Part shown: positions 18,413-27,888 of the stretch, one piece after another
Layout: each line of letters starts with the position of its first letter
How positions within the stretch are numbered: position 1 is the first letter of the stretch
Origin: a virus
Lineage: Duplodnaviria; Caudoviricetes
IMG/VR virus record: IMGVR_UViG_3300029305_004474
Coordinates: 1 to 64,000 of that record
DNA length: 64,000 nt
Strand: one strand, 5' to 3'
Made by a program: the position numbers and the translations under genes
Notes under the pieces: model-generated
Database searches by the model: none
What the model was told of the DNA's origin: nothing
What the model saw: the letters and a program-made list of their open reading frames with translations, nothing else

Positions 18413-19981
18413 ATGGAAAGAGGTGATTTGCAAAGCATGGCTACAATTATTTCATCAAAAAAACCTATGCCCATAAGCATTAGTAGTGGCAATTCATATG
18501 TTAAGAAAAAAAATACCAAAATTAAAAGTACACCTACTGCTGTACCAATTATCCCACTAAAAAAACAGAAAGATACTAAAATAGCAGCAAAGAGCCCAAA
18601 TACTACAACCGATAAAGCTATAGAGGCAGAATCCACATCTTCTTCTAAGTATGTCAAAACTGTACCTCTTACTCAAAAAGATAATGGAATAGGATTTGAT
18701 ACTACAAAGGGTATGACAGAAGCAGATTTCAATAGAAACTATCATAATTTTATTGCCAATAGAGGTAATTCTAAAGTAACCAACTATGAATTACCTCTAT
18801 CACAATATAGCGAATTAGATTTTCTATACGAAAATACGATATCAAGTATACCTTTAGAATCCATAACCAATGCAAGTGACGATACTGCATATATCGAAGC
18901 ATTTTCAGCATATAGCAAAGAAGCAAGGGATGCTTTATTACATAAAACATTGAACTTGCCCCCAGATTTAATGTCTAAATCGGATTTGAATACCAATATT
19001 TTTTCTTTGTTTGATAGATATTATTCAGTGTATCCGGATATGGAATTAAGTGGTTTATGTCACTATATATTTATGACAAGACCAGATCTAAATATAACAC
19101 CTAATTCAGATGTATCTTCTGAACTAGCTGTAAATGCTGATGTTATTAGAGAAAGCAATCAATTTTGGTCTGTATTCAAAACGAATCCAGACATAATACG
19201 TTCTTTGTCAGGTACTGGATTTAGTGAACATCAATTCATACCTATTATAACATCTAGAGTTGAAAGTTTACAGGTACCCGATTATTCTCTTAGAACTTAT
19301 TCTATAGAGCAGCCTTATAGCGGATATACAATGCCAATATCTTCACATGGTATTCATTCCACCACCGGTGGACAATTCGATTTAACTTTAAGAGAAACTT
19401 CAGATCTTAGTTTACATAAGCTATTTCAATTATGGACTAGGTATATTAGTGATATATCTATAGGTAAGTATAGCCCTAGACGTACATATATCAACGAAAA
19501 TAGATGTGATTATGCGGTTTCTTTATACGATATAGTATGTGCTCCAGATGCAAAAACTATTTTATTCTGGTTTAAATATGTAGGAGTATTTCCTAATATG
19601 ACACCTAATAGCACCCTTAGTTTTAATAGAGGTGGTAGTGTCGATAACCAAATGACTATCAATTTCGAATATTTTTTGTGTGAATCTATGGATTACTACT
19701 CATTAGTGGATTTTAATATCAATTCTGGTATTGTTGATATCAGTGGTAATATTAAAGATGCATATAAAGTGGATGGTTCTAATAGACTTGCTATCAATGG
19801 ATTTGACGGAATATCTAGAGACCGAATACAATACATCAATAACACTCAAACTAAAACTGGATATATAAATGTACCAATATATGGAACGGGCGACGCATTA
19901 TATACTATTCCATATATCAAATTTCATTGGGATGAAAAAGAAGTTCATAAAAGATTTCCTACATTAGAATGGTTAAAATAA
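18413..19981 (+). CDS. Tail tube initiator/baseplate protein (tube fold)
   Basis: YIFMTRPDLN, ESLQVPD, FKYVGVFP, MTINFEY tube-fold pattern; precedes wedge gene; probable start 18437. Confidence 0.6.
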   Translation: MERGDLQSMATIISSKKPMPISISSGNSYVKKKNTKIKSTPTAVPIIPLKKQKDTKIAAKSPNTTTDKAIEAESTSSSKYVKTVPLTQKDNGIGFDTTKGMTEADFNRNYHNFIANRGNSKVTNYELPLSQYSELDFLYENTISSIPLESITNASDDTAYIEAFSAYSKEARDALLHKTLNLPPDLMSKSDLNTNIFSLFDRYYSVYPDMELSGLCHYIFMTRPDLNITPNSDVSSELAVNADVIRESNQFWSVFKTNPDIIRSLSGTGFSEHQFIPIITSRVESLQVPDYSLRTYSIEQPYSGYTMPISSHGIHSTTGGQFDLTLRETSDLSLHKLFQLWTRYISDISIGKYSPRRTYINENRCDYAVSLYDIVCAPDAKTILFWFKYVGVFPNMTPNSTLSFNRGGSVDNQMTINFEYFLCESMDYYSLVDFNINSGIVDISGNIKDAYKVDGSNRLAINGFDGISRDRIQYINNTQTKTGYINVPIYGTGDALYTIPYIKFHWDEKEVHKRFPTLEWLK

Positions 19982-20004
19982 TAAAAGAAAGCTGGTGATA
20001 GAAA

Positions 20005-23000
20005 TTGGGTTCTATTCATAATTATAGCAGTATAGCAGATATACAAAATTATTGGTTATCTGATATTGCTTCAAAATACTTCAATTTCTCTGATACTAAT
20101 AATTATAAAATTGGTATATTTGGTTATATTAACGAAGTAATGTCAACTGTTACTCAGGATGCATTTAATAGTATCAATGTAGCTAAAAGAGAGTTCTACG
20201 CTGCATCGGCAGAAAATATTGATTCTTTCTATAAAATGGCTGGAAATTATGAAGTAGATATACCTTTAGTAGTTCCAGCTAAATGTAATATAGCTCTTTT
20301 TATTACAGAGAAAGATATCATTGAAAATAGCAGTATAGTAGATGGAACGTATACCTTTATTCTGGATAATACAATGGAAATATTAGCCGATGGTATCCAG
20401 TTTACATTAGACTATCCTATTAGAATTCTTGCTAGATATTCTAATGGTAAATACAACTATACCACATATTATGATACTACAAAAAATAATAGTTTAGCTA
20501 AAATAAGTAGTAAGTATATTCAAAATAAATGTGTTAATATAAATAATACAAAATATCTAGCATTAAGCATTGGAGTTCAGCAATATGTTATTACAAACAA
20601 AAATGAAAATATTACAAAAAACTCTAGCATTGAAACCACTTCACTAATATTTCAATACGATGGAGATTTAGCAGGTTTCGATATTTATTATACAGAAAAT
20701 CCTGGAGTTAGTGTAGAGGAACATATTCCAAAATATGATATAAACGATATTACACCTGCTGGTAAATTTTGTATATATGAATACCTTCCAGATAATAAAA
20801 TAAGAATCACGTTTCCTCGTAGTGCTTATTTTTCTCCTAAAATAAACGCTGAGATTAGATGTGCCATATACACATCTGGAGGTACATCTAACGAATTTGA
20901 TGAATTTTTAGGAGACCTTGAATGCAGCTGCCAATCTGATGATTACCCGTACAATAATGGATTAATGATTAGGGGGGTTGTGAATGGGAAATGTTCTGGT
21001 GCTATAGATAAGCAAAGCGACGAAGATTTCAAGAGAGATGTTAGATATGCGATTAAAACCAACTCGACTATCACCTGTGCATCTGATTTAGAAGAATTTT
21101 TCAATGATGTAGCATCGGATAAACAAATCAGAGTTAAATTTTCCAAAAATAGAGATGATGCTTTATATAGAATTTATAACTCATTTGTATTATTAAAAGA
21201 TAATTCCGATAACGTAATTCCTACGAATAGTTGTGATATAATAATTAAACGTAGTGAATTTGACGAATTTCAAGGTGATAGAGGCATTATAAAACCAGGT
21301 AAAATATTTCAATATACATCAAGAAACGACGGATCTGTTGAAATAGTACCGTATAAATTATCCGATTCATTACCTAGTGAATTAGAGAATAGCGATACAA
21401 TCCTATTTGCAAATCCATTTCTTATCGCATGTGCAATGGAAAATGGTATTGTAGGGTATTATGGTAACGCTATATCAGAAATTCATAATACTGAATTTAC
21501 ATTTGTAGAAGATAGAACTGTTAATCAATTCATCTGCTTGGGTTTCCAAATTGATAGAAATCCTATAGCTGGTGAAAAATATTATACTTTTACTGTAAAA
21601 ATTTCATCTAGTTCTGATTTAGATCCCGCTACATTGGTAACTATAACCGATAAAGAAAACGAAGATAATCTTATTAGAGCACGTTATGATGGGGTTGTAT
21701 CAGAAACGTTCTATAAGGATGGAGCAGTTTGGTTTAGAGTAAAATACATTACAGACAACGAGGATGAGTCAACTGAAGATATTCAAATAAGTACTTATTC
21801 CACTATAAATGAAGATGGAGAATCTTTTACATATCATACTGGATATAGTATGAATTTTGATGTATTGGACACATTTGTTCAGGGAGATATCCTCGCAGTA
21901 AAGAAAGATAAAGATTTAGGTAAAGTACGTGGATGTATTGACATAGATAATACTTTAACTAATCATGGTATGTATATTCCTCTCTATATAGAAGAGTACG
22001 ATGAAGAAAAAGATGCATATACAATGAGAGCTTATATATCTACTAATGACTTTATATCACTTAATCAGACAATTACATTAGATCACGGCATCTATATGAC
22101 AAATGGGTTAGAAGATAATTCTGTAGCTATACCTATGGAAAATACTACATGTACTATTTCTATCTTTTATAAAGATGATATCGCAAACTATGTACACAAT
22201 ATGTGGGGTTATTCATTCTTCAAGAATTACACCTTGACAAACCAATATTCTACGCCTTCATCTGAAGCATTTTCATTAGCTAAAGGAATTACATTTTTCA
22301 AATCAAATTTGAAGTTTATAGATAATACTACTATAGAAAATGTAATATCTTCATCCACTGGAATGGTTTCTAATATATATACCGAAAATAATAATGTAAA
22401 TGCGTTGGTGAAGTATGACGATGGTACCGAAGAAATTATAGTTGTTAAAAAAGGAGTGATTGATACATCTGGTAACATTTCATATACAAATGAATTTGAA
22501 TTAAAGTATGAGGTAGGTGTAAAGTTTGATTCAAATGCTATTATAGCATCTAAGCAGGTTTATGAAGGAGATATAGACGATTATCAAATGAGGATATCAC
22601 TAACCCCTCTCACTAGGGCAGATTGGATTAAGAACTATGACAACTATAATACTCTCATTAATAAGATCTATAAAACCTTTGATGTTTTATATGAGGCTTA
22701 CTTCTCATTAGAAAATCAGTATGGAATAAGTATGTCATTATTTAATACTTATGGTAAATCTAATAGATACGAAGTCGGTAACTACAATGCTATGTATCCA
22801 TTAAGTAGAGTGAATTGCAGCATGTCTATCGGTGTAGAAGTAGATGCTATGACCAATATAACACTATTTACAGAAAAACTTCGTTTGTATATTAAAGAAT
22901 TTATCGAATCATTTAATGATTTAGATCAGAACGGTAAACCGTTATTTATTATAGATTTACTTGGAGATATTAAAGACGAATTCCCAGAAATTATACATGT

Positions 23001-23190
23001 AGAATATTATGGATTTAATGAATATGGCACTGAAGCACAAGTAATATCACCTAAGAAAGAAGATGCAATTACTACGGATTATGTACAAACTTACGTACCT
23101 GAATTCATCAACATATACACTTATACCGAAAATGGTATAACCATACCTAAAATAGATATAAGAATTTTAAATAGCGTAGCTCTCCAATAA
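20005..23190 (+). CDS. Baseplate wedge protein (T4 gp6/baseplate J-like)
   Basis: IGIFGYINE, A-x4-S-FYKMA, FTLDYPI, YTSGG, ITCASDLEEFF, KNRDD motifs. Confidence 0.7.
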   Translation: MGSIHNYSSIADIQNYWLSDIASKYFNFSDTNNYKIGIFGYINEVMSTVTQDAFNSINVAKREFYAASAENIDSFYKMAGNYEVDIPLVVPAKCNIALFITEKDIIENSSIVDGTYTFILDNTMEILADGIQFTLDYPIRILARYSNGKYNYTTYYDTTKNNSLAKISSKYIQNKCVNINNTKYLALSIGVQQYVITNKNENITKNSSIETTSLIFQYDGDLAGFDIYYTENPGVSVEEHIPKYDINDITPAGKFCIYEYLPDNKIRITFPRSAYFSPKINAEIRCAIYTSGGTSNEFDEFLGDLECSCQSDDYPYNNGLMIRGVVNGKCSGAIDKQSDEDFKRDVRYAIKTNSTITCASDLEEFFNDVASDKQIRVKFSKNRDDALYRIYNSFVLLKDNSDNVIPTNSCDIIIKRSEFDEFQGDRGIIKPGKIFQYTSRNDGSVEIVPYKLSDSLPSELENSDTILFANPFLIACAMENGIVGYYGNAISEIHNTEFTFVEDRTVNQFICLGFQIDRNPIAGEKYYTFTVKISSSSDLDPATLVTITDKENEDNLIRARYDGVVSETFYKDGAVWFRVKYITDNEDESTEDIQISTYSTINEDGESFTYHTGYSMNFDVLDTFVQGDILAVKKDKDLGKVRGCIDIDNTLTNHGMYIPLYIEEYDEEKDAYTMRAYISTNDFISLNQTITLDHGIYMTNGLEDNSVAIPMENTTCTISIFYKDDIANYVHNMWGYSFFKNYTLTNQYSTPSSEAFSLAKGITFFKSNLKFIDNTTIENVISSSTGMVSNIYTENNNVNALVKYDDGTEEIIVVKKGVIDTSGNISYTNEFELKYEVGVKFDSNAIIASKQVYEGDIDDYQMRISLTPLTRADWIKNYDNYNTLINKIYKTFDVLYEAYFSLENQYGISMSLFNTYGKSNRYEVGNYNAMYPLSRVNCSMSIGVEVDAMTNITLFTEKLRLYIKEFIESFNDLDQNGKPLFIIDLLGDIKDEFPEIIHVEYYGFNEYGTEAQVISPKKEDAITTDYVQTYVPEFINIYTYTENGITIPKIDIRILNSVALQ

Positions 23191-23199
23191 TACATTGAG

Positions 23200-23214
23200 A
23201 AAACACTGCTGTAA
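23200..23214 (+). promoter_or_regulatory. Late promoter AAAACA-CTGCTG-TAA
   Basis: Exact AACA-N6-TA. Confidence 0.75.
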
Positions 23215-23238
23215 GTAATAGAATAATGAAAGTGAGGA

Positions 23239-24816
23239 TTGAAAGAAATGATAAACAATTCTTTATTTTACAGTACAGTCCATGATAAGATGATGGATTT
23301 ATCACTGACTATAATTGCAGAAGAAGCTTTCTTTCTAGGATTACCTTATTCTTTCTCAGAATTAGATCAGAAAGAAAAAATGGCTTTACACGAATATGTA
23401 AATGTTGCCGTAGAACAGCTCGGTGGAGCAAAACACATTCTTCGTAATGCTATGGAATCCCATCAGAAAAATGATAAGGCTAAATATTTATATGTAAAGA
23501 AAATGTATGATGTCTGTACAGAAGCAGCATCTGAAGTAGCAGAAAGAACTACTAAAGAATTAAAAGAAGAAACCCCTTTCAATAAAGCATTGTCGGAAGC
23601 AAACTTTACAGAAGAAGAATATAAGAACTTCGAAAAGAATGCTGACAAATTAGAGCTTGAGGATGTAGGAAAAATCGTAGGCGAAAAGGTTATTGCTACA
23701 ATTAAATCAGAACAGGAAGCACAAACTAGAGAACAAGAGCTTTCTGATAAGATTAGAGAATTAGCAGAAGATCAATCTGGTAACGAAGAAGAAGCTGAAA
23801 AGGCAAATGAATCGTTCTATAAGATTGCTTTAAGTCCAGATGATCCTAGACATCATATCTCATTATTCTCTAAATTATTTGAAGTTGCTACAGAGTCTAT
23901 GGCTACATTATATCCAGAAGAAGCATCATCAAATCTTTGTGAATATACTCTTAATGATTTAACATTCTTATTCTCTTTAGATTCCTTCAAGAGAGAAGTT
24001 AATGCTTTGGAATGTTTAGAGAGATTGATTAATTTAGATGGTGTAGTTCTTAATGATGGTCAATTACAAGAAGCTGCTATGGAGGGTCTTTCTAATGGCA
24101 TGATTAGCAAATCTGCATTTGTAGGTGCAGCTACTTGTTACACTTTATTAGAAACTTTAAATACGATGAATTTACATACTCCTACTAAAGCAGAAGTAGA
24201 TAAATTCTTAAATACAAAATCTGACTTCTCGAATTATAGAAATTTTGCAATTGAAAGTTTTATGAAACAGAGTAAAGGTATCTTCCACCATATTGAAAGG
24301 GATTTGAATCAGATTAAAGATGAAGAATCCATTAGAGAATACAGAAACGAACTCGGAATTATAGAGAATAAAATATCTAATATTGAAGTTGGCACCGAAG
24401 GTTTTGCTCAATGTAAATCTAATATTTTACAGAACATTAATCATCTTTATAATAAAATCGATAATAAACTTGGTAAAATCAATAAAGAGCCAATTAAACG
24501 TTCGGCATCTCAACAGGTTGCATTTGAACAAGATTTGGGTGCATTAAATAGATTATATACTCTTTATGGTAGAAGAGATAATGTAGACGGAATTAAATTA
24601 ATTGCAATTGATTCTAAAACTTCTAAAGAAGTTCAAGTAGATTTCTTGGATGCTATGGAATCTGTAATGTTTACTAGAAGCATTAATCTTACCGGTAAAA
24701 CATCTGATATTTCAACTAGAGACTATGTAAAAGAGATTGTAGACGGATGTAAATTCAAACAAAATGAAAAAAAAGTATTCTTCAGATCCAAAGATGGAGT
24801 ATCAGAAAAAATGTAA
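23239..24816 (+). CDS. Probable internal head/scaffold protein, protease processed
   Basis: Own late promoter; AMES, ANES, ATES, AMEG, AIES, GTEG and second AMES motifs. Confidence 0.55.
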   Translation: MKEMINNSLFYSTVHDKMMDLSLTIIAEEAFFLGLPYSFSELDQKEKMALHEYVNVAVEQLGGAKHILRNAMESHQKNDKAKYLYVKKMYDVCTEAASEVAERTTKELKEETPFNKALSEANFTEEEYKNFEKNADKLELEDVGKIVGEKVIATIKSEQEAQTREQELSDKIRELAEDQSGNEEEAEKANESFYKIALSPDDPRHHISLFSKLFEVATESMATLYPEEASSNLCEYTLNDLTFLFSLDSFKREVNALECLERLINLDGVVLNDGQLQEAAMEGLSNGMISKSAFVGAATCYTLLETLNTMNLHTPTKAEVDKFLNTKSDFSNYRNFAIESFMKQSKGIFHHIERDLNQIKDEESIREYRNELGIIENKISNIEVGTEGFAQCKSNILQNINHLYNKIDNKLGKINKEPIKRSASQQVAFEQDLGALNRLYTLYGRRDNVDGIKLIAIDSKTSKEVQVDFLDAMESVMFTRSINLTGKTSDISTRDYVKEIVDGCKFKQNEKKVFFRSKDGVSEKM

Positions 24817-24819
24817 AAA

Positions 24820-24855
24820 AAAAGGAAGGAGCCTATTAGTAGTAGGCTCCTTTTG
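24820..24855. terminator. Bidirectional terminator
   Basis: aaggagcctatt-agt-agtaggctcctttt. Confidence 0.75.
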
Positions 24856-25144
24856 CTTTCCCTAACCAGTTATATATGGTTGGGATACTTACTTCAAAGT
24901 AAGTAGCTATTTCTGCTACTTTGAAGCCAACGGATTTTAGTTCTATCACCTCCTTCATTTTTTCTACTGTTAATCCGCCAGCTTTACTGTAGCTCCTGGT
25001 TGCCGATTTCACCTCCTTTCTATTTCTAAGGTTGTTCAATGTTGTCACCGAACAACCAAAACGCTCAGCTACTTGATATGTATAGTAGCCATTTTCGAGC
25101 ATTGCCTGCATAGCTACCATTTCATTTCTACTAAACTTCTTCAT
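24836..25144 (-). CDS. Tandem HTH DNA-binding protein (2 HTH)
   Basis: GYYTYQVAERFGCSVTTL and GFKVAEIATYFEVSIPTIYNWL. Confidence 0.8.
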   Translation of the reverse strand: MKKFSRNEMVAMQAMLENGYYTYQVAERFGCSVTTLNNLRNRKEVKSATRSYSKAGGLTVEKMKEVIELKSVGFKVAEIATYFEVSIPTIYNWLGKAKGAYY

Positions 25145-25301
25145 AATATCCTCCTATCTGTCCCTATCTACTGAGGGACTTAACCAAAATTTTTATCGAA
25201 TGGATATTCATATTTATCCATTCTTATTATCAATTTATATAAAAGGGATTTTATTAAGAGCTCCCTGTCTACTCTTTATATCACATAAATAATATATATT
25301 C

Positions 25302-25311
25302 GGGGGGGGGG
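25302..25311. repeat. G10 homopolymer in early promoter region
   Basis: Ten consecutive G three bases upstream of the minus-strand TATATATTAT core (25289-25298). Confidence 0.85.
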
Positions 25312-25320
25312 CAATTACGA

Positions 25321-25352
25321 AAAAAAAAGAGTGCTTATAAGCACTCTTTTTT
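25321..25352 (-). terminator. Intrinsic terminator
   Basis: aaaaaaagagtgctt-at-aagcactctttttt. Confidence 0.75.
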
Positions 25353-26114
25353 TAACCACTTACTTACAGTGGATCTATGCATGTTGATCAGTTCTCCAAT
25401 CTGAGCATATGTAAATCCCAGCTTTTTCAATTCTTTTGCTTTATTGATTTTATCTATTAGAATATGTGATTCACGACTATTTATTGCTCTAAAATCGTGA
25501 ATCTCATTCCAATACACTACTCTTGATATCGGTACTCCTAACTTATCCGCAATTGCCTGATATGTCATACCATCATCAAAATATCTTTGCAATTTTTTTC
25601 TAGTTTCAGAGTCACACGCGACTCTATATAGTATTTTTTTACACCTGGTTGTCTTTCTGAATTTATCGTAAACATTATATCTATAAATCCATACACTTAT
25701 CGTGTTTCTAGATATACCCATACGTTCTGCAACTTCACATCGATGCAATCCTGAATACATTAATTCAACCACTTGCTTCAATATCTCAAATGTCAACTGC
25801 TTACATGAATATTTATTATGATATAAATCATATAAAGCACAAGTTATTGAATATGGAATGTCTATCTCCTCTGAAATTTCCTTACAGTCTTTGCCTAATT
25901 CAAATAAGCTTTCGACTGTACTTAATATCTGAGGTGTCAATCTTCTATTTTTTGAATTGGTATCATTATGTAAATCCATTGAAATCATATTATAGCTTTT
26001 AATATAATCGAATACTCTAGACTTACTAATACCAACCTCTCTAGCGATTTTACTAATATGAATATGCTCATTTAATCGCTTTTCAATTGTGCTAATTTTT
26101 TCCTGTTGTGTCAT
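25335..26114 (-). CDS. Tandem HTH DNA-binding protein (5 HTH)
   Basis: IAREVGISKSRV, ISEEIDIPYS, VAERMGISRNTI, IADKLGVPISRV, IGELINMHRSTV; early promoter 26170-26179. Confidence 0.8.
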   Translation of the reverse strand: MTQQEKISTIEKRLNEHIHISKIAREVGISKSRVFDYIKSYNMISMDLHNDTNSKNRRLTPQILSTVESLFELGKDCKEISEEIDIPYSITCALYDLYHNKYSCKQLTFEILKQVVELMYSGLHRCEVAERMGISRNTISVWIYRYNVYDKFRKTTRCKKILYRVACDSETRKKLQRYFDDGMTYQAIADKLGVPISRVVYWNEIHDFRAINSRESHILIDKINKAKELKKLGFTYAQIGELINMHRSTVSKWLKKECL

Positions 26115-26213
26115 AAATTTTATTTCTCCTTTCGTTATTCAAATATTTGATAAGAATGTTATCTTATATATGATATATTTTTTAGAGGGGAATTAATTAC
26201 GAAATCGTGTCCT

Positions 26214-26819
26214 CTATATATGACATTCTTGATTTAACAATTTAGTCACAGTGGTTCTATGAATATTAAGTCTACGACCAATTTCTATCTTACTATAGCC
26301 TAATTCTTTTAAAGCTTTAGCTTCTTTTATCTGATTATCTCGAACATCTCCTGTTCTTCTTTTTATCTCCCTAAAATGAAACTTCTCATTCATTGCAAAT
26401 ATTTTGTCAATAGTAATACCCGTCTTTTCTGAAATTTCCTGATATGTATTACCATCGTCAAATAAATCTTGAAGATACTCTTTAAGATAATTATCATCAT
26501 TCATTAACTTATACCTTCTAGACTTCCCATCCAAGTTATATTTAGTGATCCACTTAGATACTACAGCTTCAGATACATGAAGCATATTAGCGATTTCTCT
26601 ATTACTCTTTTTATCTTCTAATGCTAATATCACTTCAATCAACGTTTCAAATCTAATAATAACTCTACTATCCTTAGGCTTATTAACATATAATTCATAA
26701 ATATTTTGAATTGTTATAATATCGAGATCTAATCGATTTGATATTTCTTGCGAAGAAATATCATCTAATATCATAGACCCAATCATTGCTAAAAGTTCAC
26801 TATTTATCATTTTCTTCAT
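26214..26819 (-). CDS. Tandem HTH DNA-binding protein (4 HTH), paralog of 25335-26114
   Basis: ISNRLDLDIITI, IANMLHVSEAVV, FDDGNTYQEISEKTG, IGRRLNIHRTTV; early promoter 26866-26875. Confidence 0.8.
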   Translation of the reverse strand: MKKMINSELLAMIGSMILDDISSQEISNRLDLDIITIQNIYELYVNKPKDSRVIIRFETLIEVILALEDKKSNREIANMLHVSEAVVSKWITKYNLDGKSRRYKLMNDDNYLKEYLQDLFDDGNTYQEISEKTGITIDKIFAMNEKFHFREIKRRTGDVRDNQIKEAKALKELGYSKIEIGRRLNIHRTTVTKLLNQECHI

Positions 26820-26903
26820 AAATTATACCTCCATTAATATGAAAATTTCTACGTTCCTTACCAATATCATGTATAATTAGAAAATCTCACAGTAACGGAT
26901 CTA

Positions 26904-26940
26904 AAGGTACTATTACAATCATATGTAATAGTACCTTTTC
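26904..26940 (-). terminator. Intrinsic terminator ending tail operon
   Basis: aaaggtactattaca-atcata-tgtaatagtaccttt. Confidence 0.75.
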
Positions 26941-26946
26941 TGTTTA

Positions 26947-27204
26947 TTAAATATCTATTTGCAGTAAAGTCTTATCTTCGTAATGCACAGCATATAAATC
27001 AGTTGCTGTATTAATATCCTTATTTACTGCGTTAATTCCCCTTATAACTTCGTCTACTGTATCATCTACTAAATAGTAGGCTTTTCGACGTTCTTCTCCC
27101 GAAACGTTTGGTGAACCATATATGTTAGTAAGTGCCTCTAAAATGTCATTGTTTGATGTCATAAATTCACCTAACCTTTCAAAATTTATATAAGTGTAAC
27201 TCAT
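26947..27204 (-). CDS. Hypothetical protein
   Basis: 85-aa ORF in operon after RusA. Confidence 0.5.
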   Translation of the reverse strand: MSYTYINFERLGEFMTSNNDILEALTNIYGSPNVSGEERRKAYYLVDDTVDEVIRGINAVNKDINTATDLYAVHYEDKTLLQIDI

Positions 27205-27215
27205 CGATTTTAAAT

Positions 27216-27860
27216 TTATTTATATTTTTTCTTAGCCAAGCTATTCAATCTAGCATTCAAAATTTTTTCATTGTATTTTGAATCTGGTCTAGTTTGATAA
27301 GCTAATTCTAGAAATATTCTAGGTTTAACCGAAAAATATTTTTTTATCTGAGCATCTGTAATTATATTATCGTCTGCTATTAAAACTCCTTGTATTGCAT
27401 CCATATAAGATTTTGCAAAATTATCAAAATCGGGATCTATTAAAGGTCTAATTTTACCTAACTCTGCCAAATATATCTCATTTTGATTCATTTTATAGCA
27501 TGGAGTAGGTTGATATGTGTGTAAAATAACAGCTACCCTAGATAAAATAAGATTATTTGATAAACCCAAAATCTTTTTCATAATGTTCTTATTTGTAGCA
27601 GAACCTGGTACATAAAAATGTTCAGTTTCAAAACTATATCTAGGTCTCTGACCTGGTTTAGGTATAATTGGTATTAAATAAGTCTCTGTATTCCATGGAA
27701 TATTATCTATTTCGTCAGATAACCTTTCAATTTCATCCAAATTAATTTTTTTGTACTTGTTTCGGAGATATTCCAGTATAGCTTCTTGGTCTAGGGGTAT
27801 ATCTCCATATTTTTGATCGTACTCATATAAGATTTGATCTACAGATTTATTTTTAGCCAT
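27216..27860 (-). CDS. rusA: RusA-family Holliday junction resolvase
   Basis: PKPGQRPR and PDFDNFAKSYMDAIQGVLIADDNII catalytic motif. Confidence 0.88.
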   Translation of the reverse strand: MAKNKSVDQILYEYDQKYGDIPLDQEAILEYLRNKYKKINLDEIERLSDEIDNIPWNTETYLIPIIPKPGQRPRYSFETEHFYVPGSATNKNIMKKILGLSNNLILSRVAVILHTYQPTPCYKMNQNEIYLAELGKIRPLIDPDFDNFAKSYMDAIQGVLIADDNIITDAQIKKYFSVKPRIFLELAYQTRPDSKYNEKILNARLNSLAKKKYK

Positions 27861-27888
27861 AATTAATTTTCCTTTCGGTTTTAATTGA

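Noticed and set aside
24836-26819. IS element suggested by IS30/Hin-like HTH units
   Set aside because: No DDE or recombinase catalytic domain, terminal inverted repeats or target duplication seen
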